Shown: piece by piece, positions 1 to 13,430 of the stretch | Layout: the number at the start of each line of letters is the position of its first letter | How positions within the stretch are numbered: the first letter of the stretch is position 1 | Source of the DNA: Octopus sinensis | Lineage: Eukaryota | NCBI RefSeq assembly: GCF_006345805.1 | Contig: NC_042999.1 | Coordinates: forward strand, 143,158,001 to 143,222,000 | DNA: 64,000 nt | Reading direction: 5' to 3' | Translations under genes and position numbers: made by a program | Notes under the pieces: generated by a model | What the model was told of the DNA's origin: nothing | Seen by the model: the letters and a program-made list of their open reading frames with translations, nothing else | Database searches by the model: none

Positions 1-522
1 TGAATATTGCTTTAAATGCCACACTGACATCACCAATCATTAAAGGATATGCAAATACAAATGATTAGAAAGGATGAAAAAAATCTTGGCACCTTCATCC
101 ACATCGAAAAACTTTAACAAATAAAGCATGTGATTACCAAATGAGCTTTGAATACAAAACATCAATTTCTACGGACCCCACAAAACCTACAGATACAAAA
201 CAATATACGATGCATGTAAAGAATCAACTTCGACATATATAAAGATATCACTTTGAGTATGACAACCGTTTTGCTCTCCTTTTTGGCTCTTTTATCTCTT
301 AAGATGTAATATCTCTCAGCAACGGGTCTCCACCAAAGCAGAAGCATACAACAGAATGACAAGACCAAGGCTTCGCCTCTCAGACAACGACGACGCTTCC
401 ATGGGAGACACAGCCAAATTGTTTCCGGCAATGAAATATTGCCATGGAATTGATATTAGTTCACTGGTGGGGAAAATATTCTTGTGCTAAGTAGAGACAT
501 ATCTTTAATGATATGTTGCAAA

Positions 523-559
<37 letters not shown>

Positions 560-969
560 TTAATAATTGATATGGTCCTTTGTGTAGTTCCTTGCGTAAG
601 GCCGTTTCCTCCGTCGGCGCCGAAAGAAAGAAAGAAGAACCGAATTTGTTTACTGTATTTATATATGTTGGAAAGCTGGGTATAGGTCAGAGAACGATGG
701 AAATTAATAGGTTTATCTCTTTCAAACTGTTTATAACCCAAGAATGTTAATTTAAACAATAGAACTTAGTTAAGTTCTAAGTGTGACTGGTAATTCTTAT
801 AAATATCTAGGTGCAAAAGCCAAGTGCAATAGGAAGTGAACTTGAAAAATGTATATTCGGTTTCGAATCTTAGTATAGAATCTAGGAAGCTATTCGTGAC
901 ATATCTATCTCCACATCATATCTGTTCCTATAAATGTGTATTGTGTAGGAAAATATGTAATATTGGTTT

Positions 970-1535
970 AAAATTTTGACACAAGACCAGCAGTTTCGGA
1001 GGAGGGGTCAAGTCGATTACATCAACCCCAGTGTTCAACTGCTACTTATTTTATCGAGTACCCGAAAGGATGAAAGGTAAAAATCGACCTCGGCAGAATT
1101 GAACTCAGAACATAAAGACGGACGGAATACCTATTTCTTTACTACCCACAAGGGGCTAAACATGGAGAAGACAAACAAGGACAGACAAACGGATTAAGTC
1201 GATTATATCGACCTCAGTGTGTAACTGGTACTTAATTTATCGACCCCGAAAGGATGAAAGGCAAAGTCGACCTCGGTGGAATTTGAACTCAGAACATAAA
1301 GACGGACGGAATATCGCTAAGCATTTTCCTGGCGTGATAACGGTTCTGCCAGCTCACCGTCCGAGGAAAATATGTAATATTTTTTTCCACTCTAGTCACA
1401 AGGCCTGAAATTTTGGAGGAGGGCGCCAGTCGATTATATCGACCCAGTATGCAACTGGTACCTCAAAAGGATGAAAGCCAAAGTCGATCTCGGCGGAATT
1501 TGAACTCAGTACGTAAAGACAGACGAAATACCGAA
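970..1535 (-). mobile_element. Cluster of three tRNA-derived SINE (family A) copies, head-to-tail
   Basis: Repeated ccccgaaaggatgaaaggcaaagtcgacctcgg..atttgaactcag core. The copy at about 1141-1360 is full length and matches the reverse complement of 63609-63840. Confidence 0.85.
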
Positions 1536-2070
1536 AAAATATGTAATATTAAGGAGGACGTGGTACAGAGAACAAGGTGTTGGACTAAGGTGTTTCACGT
1601 ATCTACTTTATGGAATCCTTTACACTGGGAGTTGGTTTTAACGCGAGTTTTCTATAATGATAACGACACCCAGGTAAGAAAAAAAACCGGTAAAAATAAC
1701 AGAGACAAAAAGTACTATCAGCAATAAAATGTTTGTCGTTGATTGACTTGTATACGTTTTAACCAAGACAACGCATGTGTGTGAACAGAATGTCGCTGTC
1801 TTCTGAAAGATAAACACTACACGTGTTTATGTTTCGGCTATCGTTGTTGTAATACAGTGACTTGAGTGAAAAGCACCCCTACATTTTTTTTCGATTTCCA
1901 CCTCTCGTCCTAAATACCTCCCACTCCAAACCGACTCCCCAACCGTCTTATTCATTAACGTTCACCTTTTCACCATTCAGATATCTTTACACTCTCTCTC
2001 TAGTTCAAAGTCGGAAGTAAGGGGCAGGTGTGACACCGGTTGATTTCGTTGTGAAAAAGAGAGGGTAAAC

Positions 2071-2072
2071 AA

Positions 2073-2110
<38 letters not shown>

Positions 2111-2178
2111 TGATAATGATGATGATGATGATGATGATAACGATGATGATAATAATAATAATAATGATAATAATAATA

Positions 2179-2245
<67 letters not shown>

Positions 2246-2309
2246 AATGATGATGATGGTGATGATGATAACGATGATGATAATAATAATAATAATGATA
2301 ATAATAATA

Positions 2310-2373
<64 letters not shown>

Positions 2374-2448
2374 AATGATGATGATGGTGATGATGATAAC
2401 GATGATGATAATAATAATAATAATGATAATAATAATAATATAATAATA

Positions 2449-2487
<39 letters not shown>

Positions 2488-2557
2488 TAATAATAATAAT
2501 AATGATGATGATGGTGATGATGATAACGATGATGATAATAATAATAATAATATAATA

Positions 2558-2608
<51 letters not shown>

Positions 2609-2776
2609 TAATAATAATAATAATAATGATGATGATGGTGATGATGATACGATGATGATAATAATAATAATAATAATAATAAATAATAATAATAATATAA
2701 AATAATAAATAATAATATAATAATAATAATGATGATGATGGTGATGATGATAACGATGATGATAATAATAATAATA

Positions 2777-2815
<39 letters not shown>

Positions 2816-2868
2816 TAATAATAATGATAATAATAATGATGATGATGGTGATGATGATAATGATGATG

Positions 2869-2943
<75 letters not shown>

Positions 2944-2945
2944 TA
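2071..2945. repeat. Compound (AAT)n/(GAT)n satellite with higher-order units
   Basis: The unit gatgatgatggtgatgatgataacgatgatgat(aat)n recurs about six times, roughly every 100-130 bp. Confidence 0.95.
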
Positions 2946-3534
2946 AAACAGCGACGACGATGACAACGACAACAACAATAATATTAATAATAAATCAAAA
3001 ACTACACCCGAGACCACCACAACTCAACTCATAACAACAACGAAGAAGAAAAACATGGAGAGAACATTAAACGATAAAAAAAATAAGTGACAGGAAATAG
3101 CTCTGCTCCCCTTCCTCCATTCACATCACCAATCACCTTACAAGATCATTAGGGTGAACAAGGCAGGTAAAAGATTAAAGGAAATTGTGTAGTTTTCTTT
3201 ATTAGTTTACCGCCAATCCATGTAACTGTGTCCTGTAACCCTTCTACCTTGTCTGCTGGATTACCTGACTATTCTGATTCCACTGTTACCTTTGAAAGTA
3301 CATTGAAAGTTGTTGATGTAATAGTGCTACAATGGTTGTATGATACACACTAATGTATACCTGTGTCAAAGCATTGGTGTATATTTTGGTAGTGTATAAG
3401 AATTTCGTGGAGATGGTCATGTCGGTGGTGATGTTGTAGTTTCGTTTGCTTTCTAGAGCTGTACACGACACGACACTTCGCCGCCGGCACTCTCACCGAG
3501 TTGCTCTTTAGATTTTGCAACAGAACATATGATC

Positions 3535-4155
<621 letters not shown>

Positions 4156-5099
4156 TTTAATTTTATTTAATTTTATTTATTGTAAGTATACCATTTTTAT
4201 CTCAGCTATGATATTGAGAACTCTCAAAAAAAAAAAACATGCTCTTTAAAACAGCCTGCAAAAATTCTATCATGTAATACGCGGTTGATAAGATATCCCC
4301 TAAAAAACATATAAAGCATCTGAAATCCACTTAAAAATCCATTTCTGAAAATATCAAAAATAAACGAAGCTATAACAGTGCGCAGCCGGCATTGAAAAAC
4401 GATCTTCCCAAAACACTACAATTTCTGATTCAAGGTTTACTACAAGCAATTTTGGGAGTTAACGAGTTCGGGTATTGATACGAAAACTGGCAGGGTAGTA
4501 TGTTTCGACATACTACCCTGCCAGATAACGCTATCTTTTAAATTATATCCAAACACAAATTCGTCGATAGCCCTTTACCGATAGGACAACAGATTATCTA
4601 TCACCTCATTATTTGTCTTCTCGTAATCTATAAAGTGCTCTCCATACTTATATCCTGCAGGATTGGTGAACATCTATATAAAACAATGAAAATTCTCTGG
4701 AGCGTGTGCCCAGTTACTACGAGACAATTGACCAGGTCTTTATTAACAAGATGGTATTGGATTGGGTGATGCTAAGGTATGAAACAAGAAGCCGTCATAT
4801 GCCTGGATCAACTATAAGAAATCTTTTGTTTAGATCCTGCATGGTTGGTTTCTCAAGCTACTGGAAATATGCAAATTTGATGACACCATGGTGAACGTTA
4901 TTAAAATAACAGCAAAAAAATGGCAGATCGTACGGTAGTCAACACGGTGATTGTAAGCTCCACACCACACTGCAATATCTCAGTAGATGGGATATTGCAA
5001 GAAAAAAGTTTTTCTGGTCCTCACTTCACCCTACGTTTGTCACCATGAAGTTGGTTAAAAAAAAGCAACAATAACAGCAAATTGGTATACTATATAGAG

Positions 5100-5672
5100 T
5101 AGTGGTTCTTAACCATGTTTTACCTATGGACCACTTTGGTTTCTGTTTTACTCTACTAGACCCCCCCTCATAGTCATTCAATGTTTAAAAAATCATATTA
5201 TATTTTCACGGAGATGAACTTGCATAGCAAGTGACCTGATCTGAGATCGTGTGCTAAAGCAAAAACAATTGTAAGGTGTTTATAAGACATTTAAAACACC
5301 CACAAAAACCGTTAGATTCACTTCAACATTTAAATTTAATTTGTCAAAATATTTTCGTCGCTTTGAGGCCGTGACCTGTTCACTGACAAAATTCTGTGCT
5401 GCTTGTCAGTGAACAGGTCGCGGTCTCAGAGTGACGAAAATATTTTGACAAATTAAATTTAAATGTTGAAGTGAATCTAACGGGTTTTGTGTGTTTTTAA
5501 ATGGCTTATAAACATCTTCAATACTGCAATTATATTTTTGTAATTAAATATTATTAGGAAGTAAGTATTTTATGTATTGTAGAAGTACAACTAATTTTTT
5601 GCACATAAATTTTAACAATGAAATCTTAAATGGACACCCATGGGTCATATGGACTCCGGTTGAGCACCACTG
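5100..5672. mobile_element. hAT-type MITE with 8-bp TSD (ATATAGAG)
   Basis: TIRs (t)AGTGGTTCTTAACC ... GGTTGAGCACCACTG. ATATAGAG at 5092-5099 and 5673-5680. Related copy at about 9343-9600. Confidence 0.85.
5207..5525. mobile_element. Palindromic (fold-back) element nested in the hAT MITE
   Basis: About 115-bp imperfect inverted arms (about 5275-5390 and 5403-5520) around a short spacer. Confidence 0.8.
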
Positions 5673-6196
5673 ATATAGAGAGAGGGTGAATAATGTTCAT
5701 AGATAGACCAAGGCTAATAACCCTATATAAAAACACAGTCTGCGAGCAAGCTACATTCTATCACAACAACTAACAACCACAACGCTAAGAAGAACAAAAG
5801 CAACTAAACCTTCCACCAAACAGCAACGAAAACGCTAAACTGAACATAAAAGCGAAAGACGAATGAAAAATGAAAACACAGCCACAATAATTATAGTAAT
5901 AACATGAATAAATAAAACAGCAAGAACAAGAGCAACAGTAACAATTCCGTAATAATTTATGATCTGCACGGCCAAGAAAGATATTGGAACTGTTTGGTGT
6001 CGCAAACGGTCTGCCATAGGTGTCTTTTCTCATTTCTTCAGTCCGTCTTAGGCTCTCAAGCTTTTTGTTGTGGAAATTTGAGTTATACACACACACACAT
6101 ACCGTACACACAGATACACATGCACACATACACACAGACTCTCACATGCACACATAGACATATACATACAGACATAGGCAAAATACAAATATACTT

Positions 6197-6245
<49 letters not shown>

Positions 6246-6474
6246 GAGAAAAAGAGAGATAAAACGAAAGTTAGAAAGAAAGAAGGTAAGAGGAAAAGAA
6301 TTGAGTAGAAAATTTAAAAAATGATGGAATACAAAAATAAACGTTTGATATATTGCCGCCATTTTAGTTACTTTGAGGCCGTCAGCTGCCAATGGACGTG
6401 TCTTGCTACATATTTTACACTTGTAGGCAAACAATATGTGCATGTTCACCGTATTGAAGTATATTGTAGACACT

Positions 6475-6862
6475 GCTACCATCACCACTGCGATAATTAT
6501 CATCTCCACCACCACCACCACCACCACCACCACCACACCACCACCACCACCACCACCACCACCACACCACCAACAACAACAACAACCATCACTACTATCA
6601 CCACCATCACCATTTCCCTATCACCACTACCAATTCCATCACCGTTCGACCACTCACACAATCATACCACCATCACCACCATCACCACTAGCATCACCAT
6701 TACCATCACTACCAGCACCTTCACCATCACCGCCTACAACACTTTTACCATCGCCATTACCATCATCCCCACCACCATCACCACCACCATCATCAGTAGC
6801 ATCATCATCAGCACCATTATCACCATCATCGCTACTTCAACACCACCATTACCACCACCACT
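6475..6862. repeat. (ACC)n/(ATC)n degenerate trinucleotide tract
   Basis: Direct reading; source of the poly-T/H/P ORFs. Confidence 0.9.
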
Positions 6863-7358
6863 TCAGGATTTTAAGAGTCTCATAACAAAGACTCACAAGA
6901 CGTGCGCTTCTCCACCACTTTTACCACAACAACACCAAATGAAGACTGAATCATACAGACAACGACTCAGGATCGAGCTGAGTACAACCCATTTCAATAT
7001 CCAGTTTCAGGGGTAAATTCCTTTCCCTGGGTAAATCGTTAAAAATAAATCTATCTACCTCCAGCACTGTATTAAAATTCTTCAATTGCATCAAGCCAGT
7101 TGTCCTATTAAAATTCATATTACCTTTATCTCCAGTAGGCCGTGTTGTTAAGTGCTTAATGTTTATTTTATACATACTAAATGTTTAATAAAATCTGTTA
7201 AGAGAGTGATTAAAATAGACAAGTGTTAGGATTGGTCACACATAGGGGTGCTCTTCAGTAAGACATTCAGTTAATGCAATATTATGCTTTTCCATTAATT
7301 CTCACTTCTGTAAATTGCTACCAGCATATAAACATCCAGCTTTCAATTTGTTCTGCAG

Positions 7359-7453
7359 TCCACTCTTCAACTGGTGTCAGCCAGTTATTTGGAGGATTTC
7401 ATTGTATTGCATAACGCGCTGGATTACACTACCATTAGCCTAAAACGAACTTG
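7359..7453 (+). CDS. Candidate exon of an unidentified gene (STLQLVSASYLEDFIVLHNALDYTTISLKRT)
   Basis: Strong acceptor ttgttctgcag| and donor TTG|gtgagt; 95 nt open in phase 0. No family recognised. Confidence 0.35.
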
Positions 7454-7689
7454 GTGAGTGAATATATCTCTCTTGTACTTTCGGGGTACAAGAAAGCAAT
7501 CACTAGCCGTTGCTTTAATAATCCAGAATTCTACCAGTCAGAAACAACAAGACGCAGACGTAAAAGATATATATACTACTTTATTCTCTAATGTGGTAAC
7601 AGTAACAATAAGTGGTTATCTGATGTCCTTGGTTCTGGGCGCGCAAGGCTGAAAGTTAATCGATTGTAATATTTACAATGTTCAGCCGC

Positions 7690-8025
7690 TAAAAACAGAA
7701 CGGGTTAAAGATGGCGTCCGGAACAGGGAGATGTGGTCTGCAACAATTTGGTGAAAACCTTCGGCCGACTGCTATCAGAGCTGGACAGCGAGAAAATATA
7801 CGTCCGTCGCCTTCGGTCGCTGCTGTCCCAAGTCGTTGGCTGCTGCTGCTAGCGGTCAAACGTTCTACGACCCCCTTGCCTTGGCTAACTACCACGTAGG
7901 CAAAAGGGTCGTGCTTCCGGTGGTTCGCGCATGCGCGAGAGGGCCCTTCCTTTCTGTGCCTTGGTGAAGGCACTAACACTCGCACGCGCGAAATAGAAAA
8001 TGGACGGTGCGCGCGCGCGCACCGT
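7690..8025. promoter_or_regulatory. CpG/GC-rich promoter-like island
   Basis: AAGATGGCG (YY1-like) 7708-7716, CTTCCGG (ETS-like) 7914-7920, GCGCATGCGC (NRF1-like) 7927-7936 and a (GC)n run near 8008-8021, set in otherwise AT-rich DNA. Confidence 0.6.
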
Positions 8026-8065
8026 TATAGGATCACTACAAGCCCTATCACAACATTTCTACAGA

Positions 8066-8468
8066 GATACTCTTTTACTCTTTACTCTTTTACTTGTTTC
8101 AGTCATTTGACTGCGGCCATGCTGCAGCACCGCCCTTAATCGGGACTTATTCTTTTGTAAGCCCAGTACTTATTCTATCGGTCTCTTTTTTGCCGAACCG
8201 CTAAGTGACGGGGACGTAAACACACCAGCATCGGTTGTCAAGCAATGCTAGGGGGACAAACACAGACACACAAGCACACACATACATATATATACATATA
8301 CATATATACGACAGGCTTCTTTCAGTTTCCGTCTACCAAATCCACTCACAAGGCATTGGTCGGCCCGGGGCTATAGCAGAAGACACTTGCCCAAGATGCC
8401 ACGCAGTGGGACTGAACCCGGAACCATGTGGTTGGTTAGCAAGCTACTTACCACACAGCCACTCCTGT
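8066..8468 (-). mobile_element. tRNA-derived SINE family B, full length
   Basis: Head aggagtggctgtgtggtaagtagcttg...ggttcagtccc on minus, tail (ctttta)n; high similarity to 38176-38587. Confidence 0.88.
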
Positions 8469-9342
8469 ATATATCTATTCATTTATAAACTTACCATATT
8501 TCATTCTCAATTTAAATGGGTGAACCGATTCACCATGGCTGTTTTGCTTTAGGGGCTTTTGGTGTTGTAATTTCTGTATATTTTTAATTTTAATAGCTTA
8601 GGCAAAGGCAAGTTCGACTGGTGGGGGAACGCATACAACAAAGTGGGCTCCGCACCCAAAGGTCATATAGTGCTATTAAAATTTGCGTGACCGATTAACC
8701 AACCGTCCACTCAATCACTTTCTTTATACCAGAACTGATCATCAGATATTTTCTCTGATGTAAGTGGAATTATGAAAACTGTGCTAGAAGCAAGTTTACT
8801 TTTATATGAATCCAAAGAAATATAAAACTTTTACTGAGTCAAGTTTATGATCGGATCATAATGCCATTTCAAGTTACTTCACTCCATTTTAGATGTTCTT
8901 GGTACTGGGGAAAGTATGGATGTCTAAACTATTCAGATTCTCTCTTCTAAAATTCCACTCGTCATGCTTACTTCAGAAACTATAACTTAGGAGTTAAAAT
9001 GTTGGATCTCACTGCTATAAAGCAAAAGTTTTAAACACAATTTTCATGTTACCAAAGCCTATCTGTCTGTCTGTCTCTGTCTCTGTCTCTGTCTCTGTTT
9101 CTCTCCCCCCCCCTTGTAGTTTTACTTACTTTGTTGCTCAACAAGTGGGAAGACATAGTCAAGATGTAATTCTTTGTTTTGGGATCATCACTGTGCATGC
9201 AGAAGGATACAAAAGGTAGAACTTGAGGGAATGCAAAGCTATTAGCCCCGATATTAAAATTTCGGCCTTTAGAATTTTGCTGCCAATCTACATGCCCACC
9301 GCCGATGAATCACCTGGGTTATAAATATTTTGTTAGGTTGCC

Positions 9343-9600
9343 CAATGGTTCTCAACCGGGGTCCTTCTGGCCTTTGAGGGGTCCATACAAGATTTTGCTG
9401 TTAAAAATTTATGTGCAATAAACTGGTTATATTCCAACAATGCACAAAATAGTTTAACTATTTTATACAATTCCTAATACTTTAATTATAAAAATATAAT
9501 AGGATTTCTGAAAAATCGAATGGCTATGAGGATCCACTTGAGAAAAATAGAAATCAAAGGGGTTCATAGGTAAAAAAAAAATCGTTGGGAACTACTGCTG
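9343..9600. mobile_element. hAT-type MITE copy (same family as 5100-5672)
   Basis: Ends caatggttctcaaccgggg ... gttgggaactactg; internal similarity to 5530-5670 in reverse. Confidence 0.65.
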
Positions 9601-9719
9601 TAGGCGAACCATCGACGTAGGAACACCTTACTGTCTCTTTACACTCTGCCAGTCTGTATATTAGCGACTAATTCAACTCCTACGCTTATGACTCTGCTTA
9701 CATTCCTGCTTCACTATCT

Positions 9720-10080
9720 GCACAGTAACATCGATCATCTAAGTGCACTCTAGGCTCGCCCTCAATATCATCATATCATTACTCATAAATATTACACACC
9801 GAAAAACTATTTCATTCTCTATAAATGCTGGGCGTTACAGTCTGTGATTACTATTCATGTCGTTTAAAGAGACGGAGGAGAGACACATGTGAAAGGTGGG
9901 TCAGCATTTTTGATTGACGAGTGACGAGCTGCATATGTGCTGACTGATTTAACTGGCCTAGTCTGTTTGATGAGGCAATATTTTCGAGCATTCTTGGAGA
10001 ACAATACTGATATGCAAGGCAGATAGATAATTGACACAACAAACTCCATCATAAGCAACTTCGGAAGAACCGCTCCTGTA
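9720..10080 (-). mobile_element. Decayed CR1/Jockey-like LINE 3' end
   Basis: Minus translation LAYQYCSPRMLENIAS... loosely resembles CR1-type ORF2 C-terminal remnants. Confidence 0.3.
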
Positions 10081-12374
10081 TAGCAATCTCTTAGACCTCA
10101 TCCATCAGGATATAAGATTCTATATGTTACTTCAATCAGTCAGGTAAACGTGACCTATGCCAATTCTACGAATGGGTGTTGCTACTATTGCTGTTGTTTA
10201 ACCCCAGGCCGGCTCTGATTGAGCAGACCAACGGTCAAACTATTCTGGTAATGATCATCTTGTCCTTCTTTTCCAAAAACAATGTATCCAATACTTGATT
10301 ATACAATGTAGTAAAACTATAGGCCGTAATTTAAGGGAACTATGGCAGTCCTTTCTAGCACTTGAGTTACCCGTTTGTGTGAATTGGTGCAGTTAATATT
10401 AGTGGTTGTGGGTGCAGTGTAGCATTGAGTTAGATTTATCTACTGCCAACCGACATTATGAGGAAATGAAATACTGTTATCTCAGTGATGTCACATAAAG
10501 TTTACCTAACTACTCCTATCCGGTGGTTGCACCCCAATCCCCTCGTTGCACCTGTCACAACTCGGGATCGCATTTTAAAATTTGATTAGCTAGATGCATT
10601 TGATTCATAGCTTTTCAACAAAACATTCCATTGCTGTATGTTAAGAACAGGCTAGTTCCTATTAGATTATCATAACGACTTAATTTTGATGTTTGCTTAC
10701 AATAAAATTTTAATTCTTTTGCGAAATAAAATAATAAAATAAAAAGATAGAAGCAAAACAAATTAATACAGTTAATATTAACTTTTGACAATCAAACCTT
10801 TTAAGCAACATAACTTTATTAAAGTGGTTCCATGAGTCATTCTGCACTTTATTTTTCTGTTCAAATACACGTCAGTAAATATGCAGGCGGTGTCACGCAG
10901 TGTCTAGCGTTCTTCGTGTACATAATGATGTAGACAGGGAGTGTCGGAGTTAGTCGAATCGTTAAAACATATATTTCCTAAGATAAAATATCAACCGTTC
11001 GTTAGTGTGTCTGATATTATAAGTCAATAAAATTAAGACACGTAAGACGTATATTGGAATCGAACGTATCGACTATGTCACCTTCTTTAAGAAATATTGA
11101 AGTTGTGTCTAAGAAATCTCAGTACAAGTGTGAATCAACCATTCCAAGTAATACTATGATGAAACAAGGAAGTTTCTTAAATAGGAACATTACAATCGTT
11201 CCAAATTACCATCTTAGATCCACTTGATGATTTGAACTCAGTATTGAAAGACACTATACTATTCGTTAGTTTATACAGCTTTATAGCTAGCATCAGTGAG
11301 CTACAGTTATTACATTTGATGTATGAATCATTGCGTCTCTCAGTCGTGAACACTGAACAACTGTAACAGGACTCCAATTAGCAACTCTTCAATTAGCAGA
11401 ACACACAACTTTCATATCTTAAATATGCGTGTTCCTGCTATTCAGCAACTAAACTACTCCCTCCAGAGTAGTCTTATAACTTCCACACAACGCACATCTC
11501 ATAGGAAAATTTTTCATCATATAGCATTGATTACCAAGAGGTGTATGTAGCTGTTCTCGTGTAAATGTATATCCACTACGTCACAAGTTGCAAATTGAAA
11601 TTTCTACTTTGAGAATTATCTAACATATCTTTATTTTTCTAGTCTTTATTTCGCTGCAGATTAGCTTTGATTGAGCAGACTTATGATTAAACGTATTCCA
11701 AATCTCACCATCATGTCTTTTTGTTTTCAGGAATAGCACATCTGGACTAATTATAGAATGTACCCTTACTTTTTTAACGACAATAAAATATAATATAAGG
11801 GACATTTCTAGCAACATGAATAAACACGTAGTGGCGTTCCTGTTTGTTGGGCAGGTATTCTAAATGACTGGATTCGTAGAATGGGAGTTAATTAGTTGAT
11901 TCTTATCCACATAAGTATTCTATTTTATAAGCATATTGGTAGACAGAAGACAACATTTAATTCCAATACGATCTCCTTACAATTTATTTATTCTCTGATA
12001 TTATACGATAAATATGACATGCCATATGTCACGACGGAGCCCCTACAAGTTTGTCAGGAGTTGAAATCCAAAGGATGAAATATATGTACTAACTTGAAAT
12101 GCAACAGGTTCACTGATGCGATTACAACTAGATATATTGCTATATTGACCGATTTTCTGAACACACACACATTTCTTGTGTATGATTTGAGAAGCTGAAT
12201 TGGTTTTTAGTCGGGAGTTTAATTGTTTGGTAATCAATTTTTCTTTTTTAGCGAGTGCACACAGTGGTGGTCAAAGAATAAGTGGGGCCGCAGTATTCAT
12301 GCTCGTTTCTTGGCTCTTTCAAAACATCGATTTCATCAGAGTGAGTGATGAGAAGAGAAAGAGAGAGAGAGTGA

Positions 12375-12470
12375 TATATATGGTACTTTATATTTCGACC
12401 CCGAAAAAATGAAACCCAAAGTGGAACTCAGCTTGATTTGAACTTATAGTTTAGACAGTCAGAACATATA
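12375..12470 (-). mobile_element. SINE family A fragment
   Basis: tggtactttatatttcgaccccgaaaaaatgaaacccaaagtggaactcagcttgatttgaact core. Confidence 0.65.
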
Positions 12471-13179
12471 CCGTCCGTCAGCGCCTCTATTATTATTTTC
12501 TGTCTTGAATATTTTCTTATAGCGTCTTACAGCATTTAGATTCAAATACTTGTGGTTAATTCATATTTAAATTTTGGGCACTTTTGACTGCACAAATAAT
12601 GATAAAAGTGTTACAGACCGAGTAATTGATCTGAGGCATCAGTCGAACAATACATCCCATTTAACCCGGACTGAAGAGTGGACTTTTGCGAGTAGTACTT
12701 GGCAAGATGTGTACAAGATGCACACTTTCCAGCATAGATTGTTTGGAGTGACGGAGTATACATTTAAATTAAATGACTCACTCAATCGCCACAGTTGCAC
12801 CTACTAGGGACCTGAGAATCTGCATATTACAAAGGAGCATCATATTAATTTACTAGGGGTTACAGTATGATGCAAACCATACTGTATTGAATCAGATTAT
12901 TATTTTTTGACTCTATTGAGACTGGTCCCACTTTTTTGAATTCAGTGCGACAAACTGTCATGCTAAGCATTAAAGAGGCGCTAGTGTTGGTATATTTGTG
13001 AATAAGTCACTAACTGAAATAAGTGGATCTATTACATAGGAAAATACTATATATTTGTTTAATGGTTGTACGAGATAAATTGTAAAAATAACTCTAACAG
13101 TTCACATACTAAGAAATAAGCATACTCAATTTCATTTTTACCAAATGATTTAGGAAAATGAATGGGTTATTTCCCTTGG

Positions 13180-13430
13180 TTTTTAAAATAAAATATATCA
13201 GATATATATAAGGATCCCTTCCAGAGGTTCTATTATCTATTTTTTCAACAATCTGAGTATGCCATGGGGTTTCCAGACATGATTTCTACTCACCTGCCAA
13301 GTTTTATCAAAATCGATAAAACGATGTAGGAGGTATTAGCTAACAACTCTACGAACACATCCACAGATAGAATTTCCCACGTATGTCGTAGATATATGTA
13401 TATATCTACAATATATATCTTGGCGTTTAT
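13180..13430. mobile_element. Non-autonomous Helitron-like (HINE-type) fragment
   Basis: aagttttatcaaaatcgataaaacg..gtaggag followed by agaatttcccacgtat..gtagatata; the latter recurs at about 14818-14880. Confidence 0.35.

Noticed and set aside
162-475. ORF 162..431 and a + reading QRVSTKAEAYNRMTRPRLRL...
   Set aside because: No recognisable family and no consistent splice partners.
1977-3020. 347-aa ORF
   Set aside because: Translation of the (AAT)n/(GAT)n satellite; no coding complexity.
6321-7016. 231-aa and 149-aa His/Thr/Pro-rich ORFs
   Set aside because: Mostly (ACC)n repeat; only the non-repetitive ends are kept as exon candidates.
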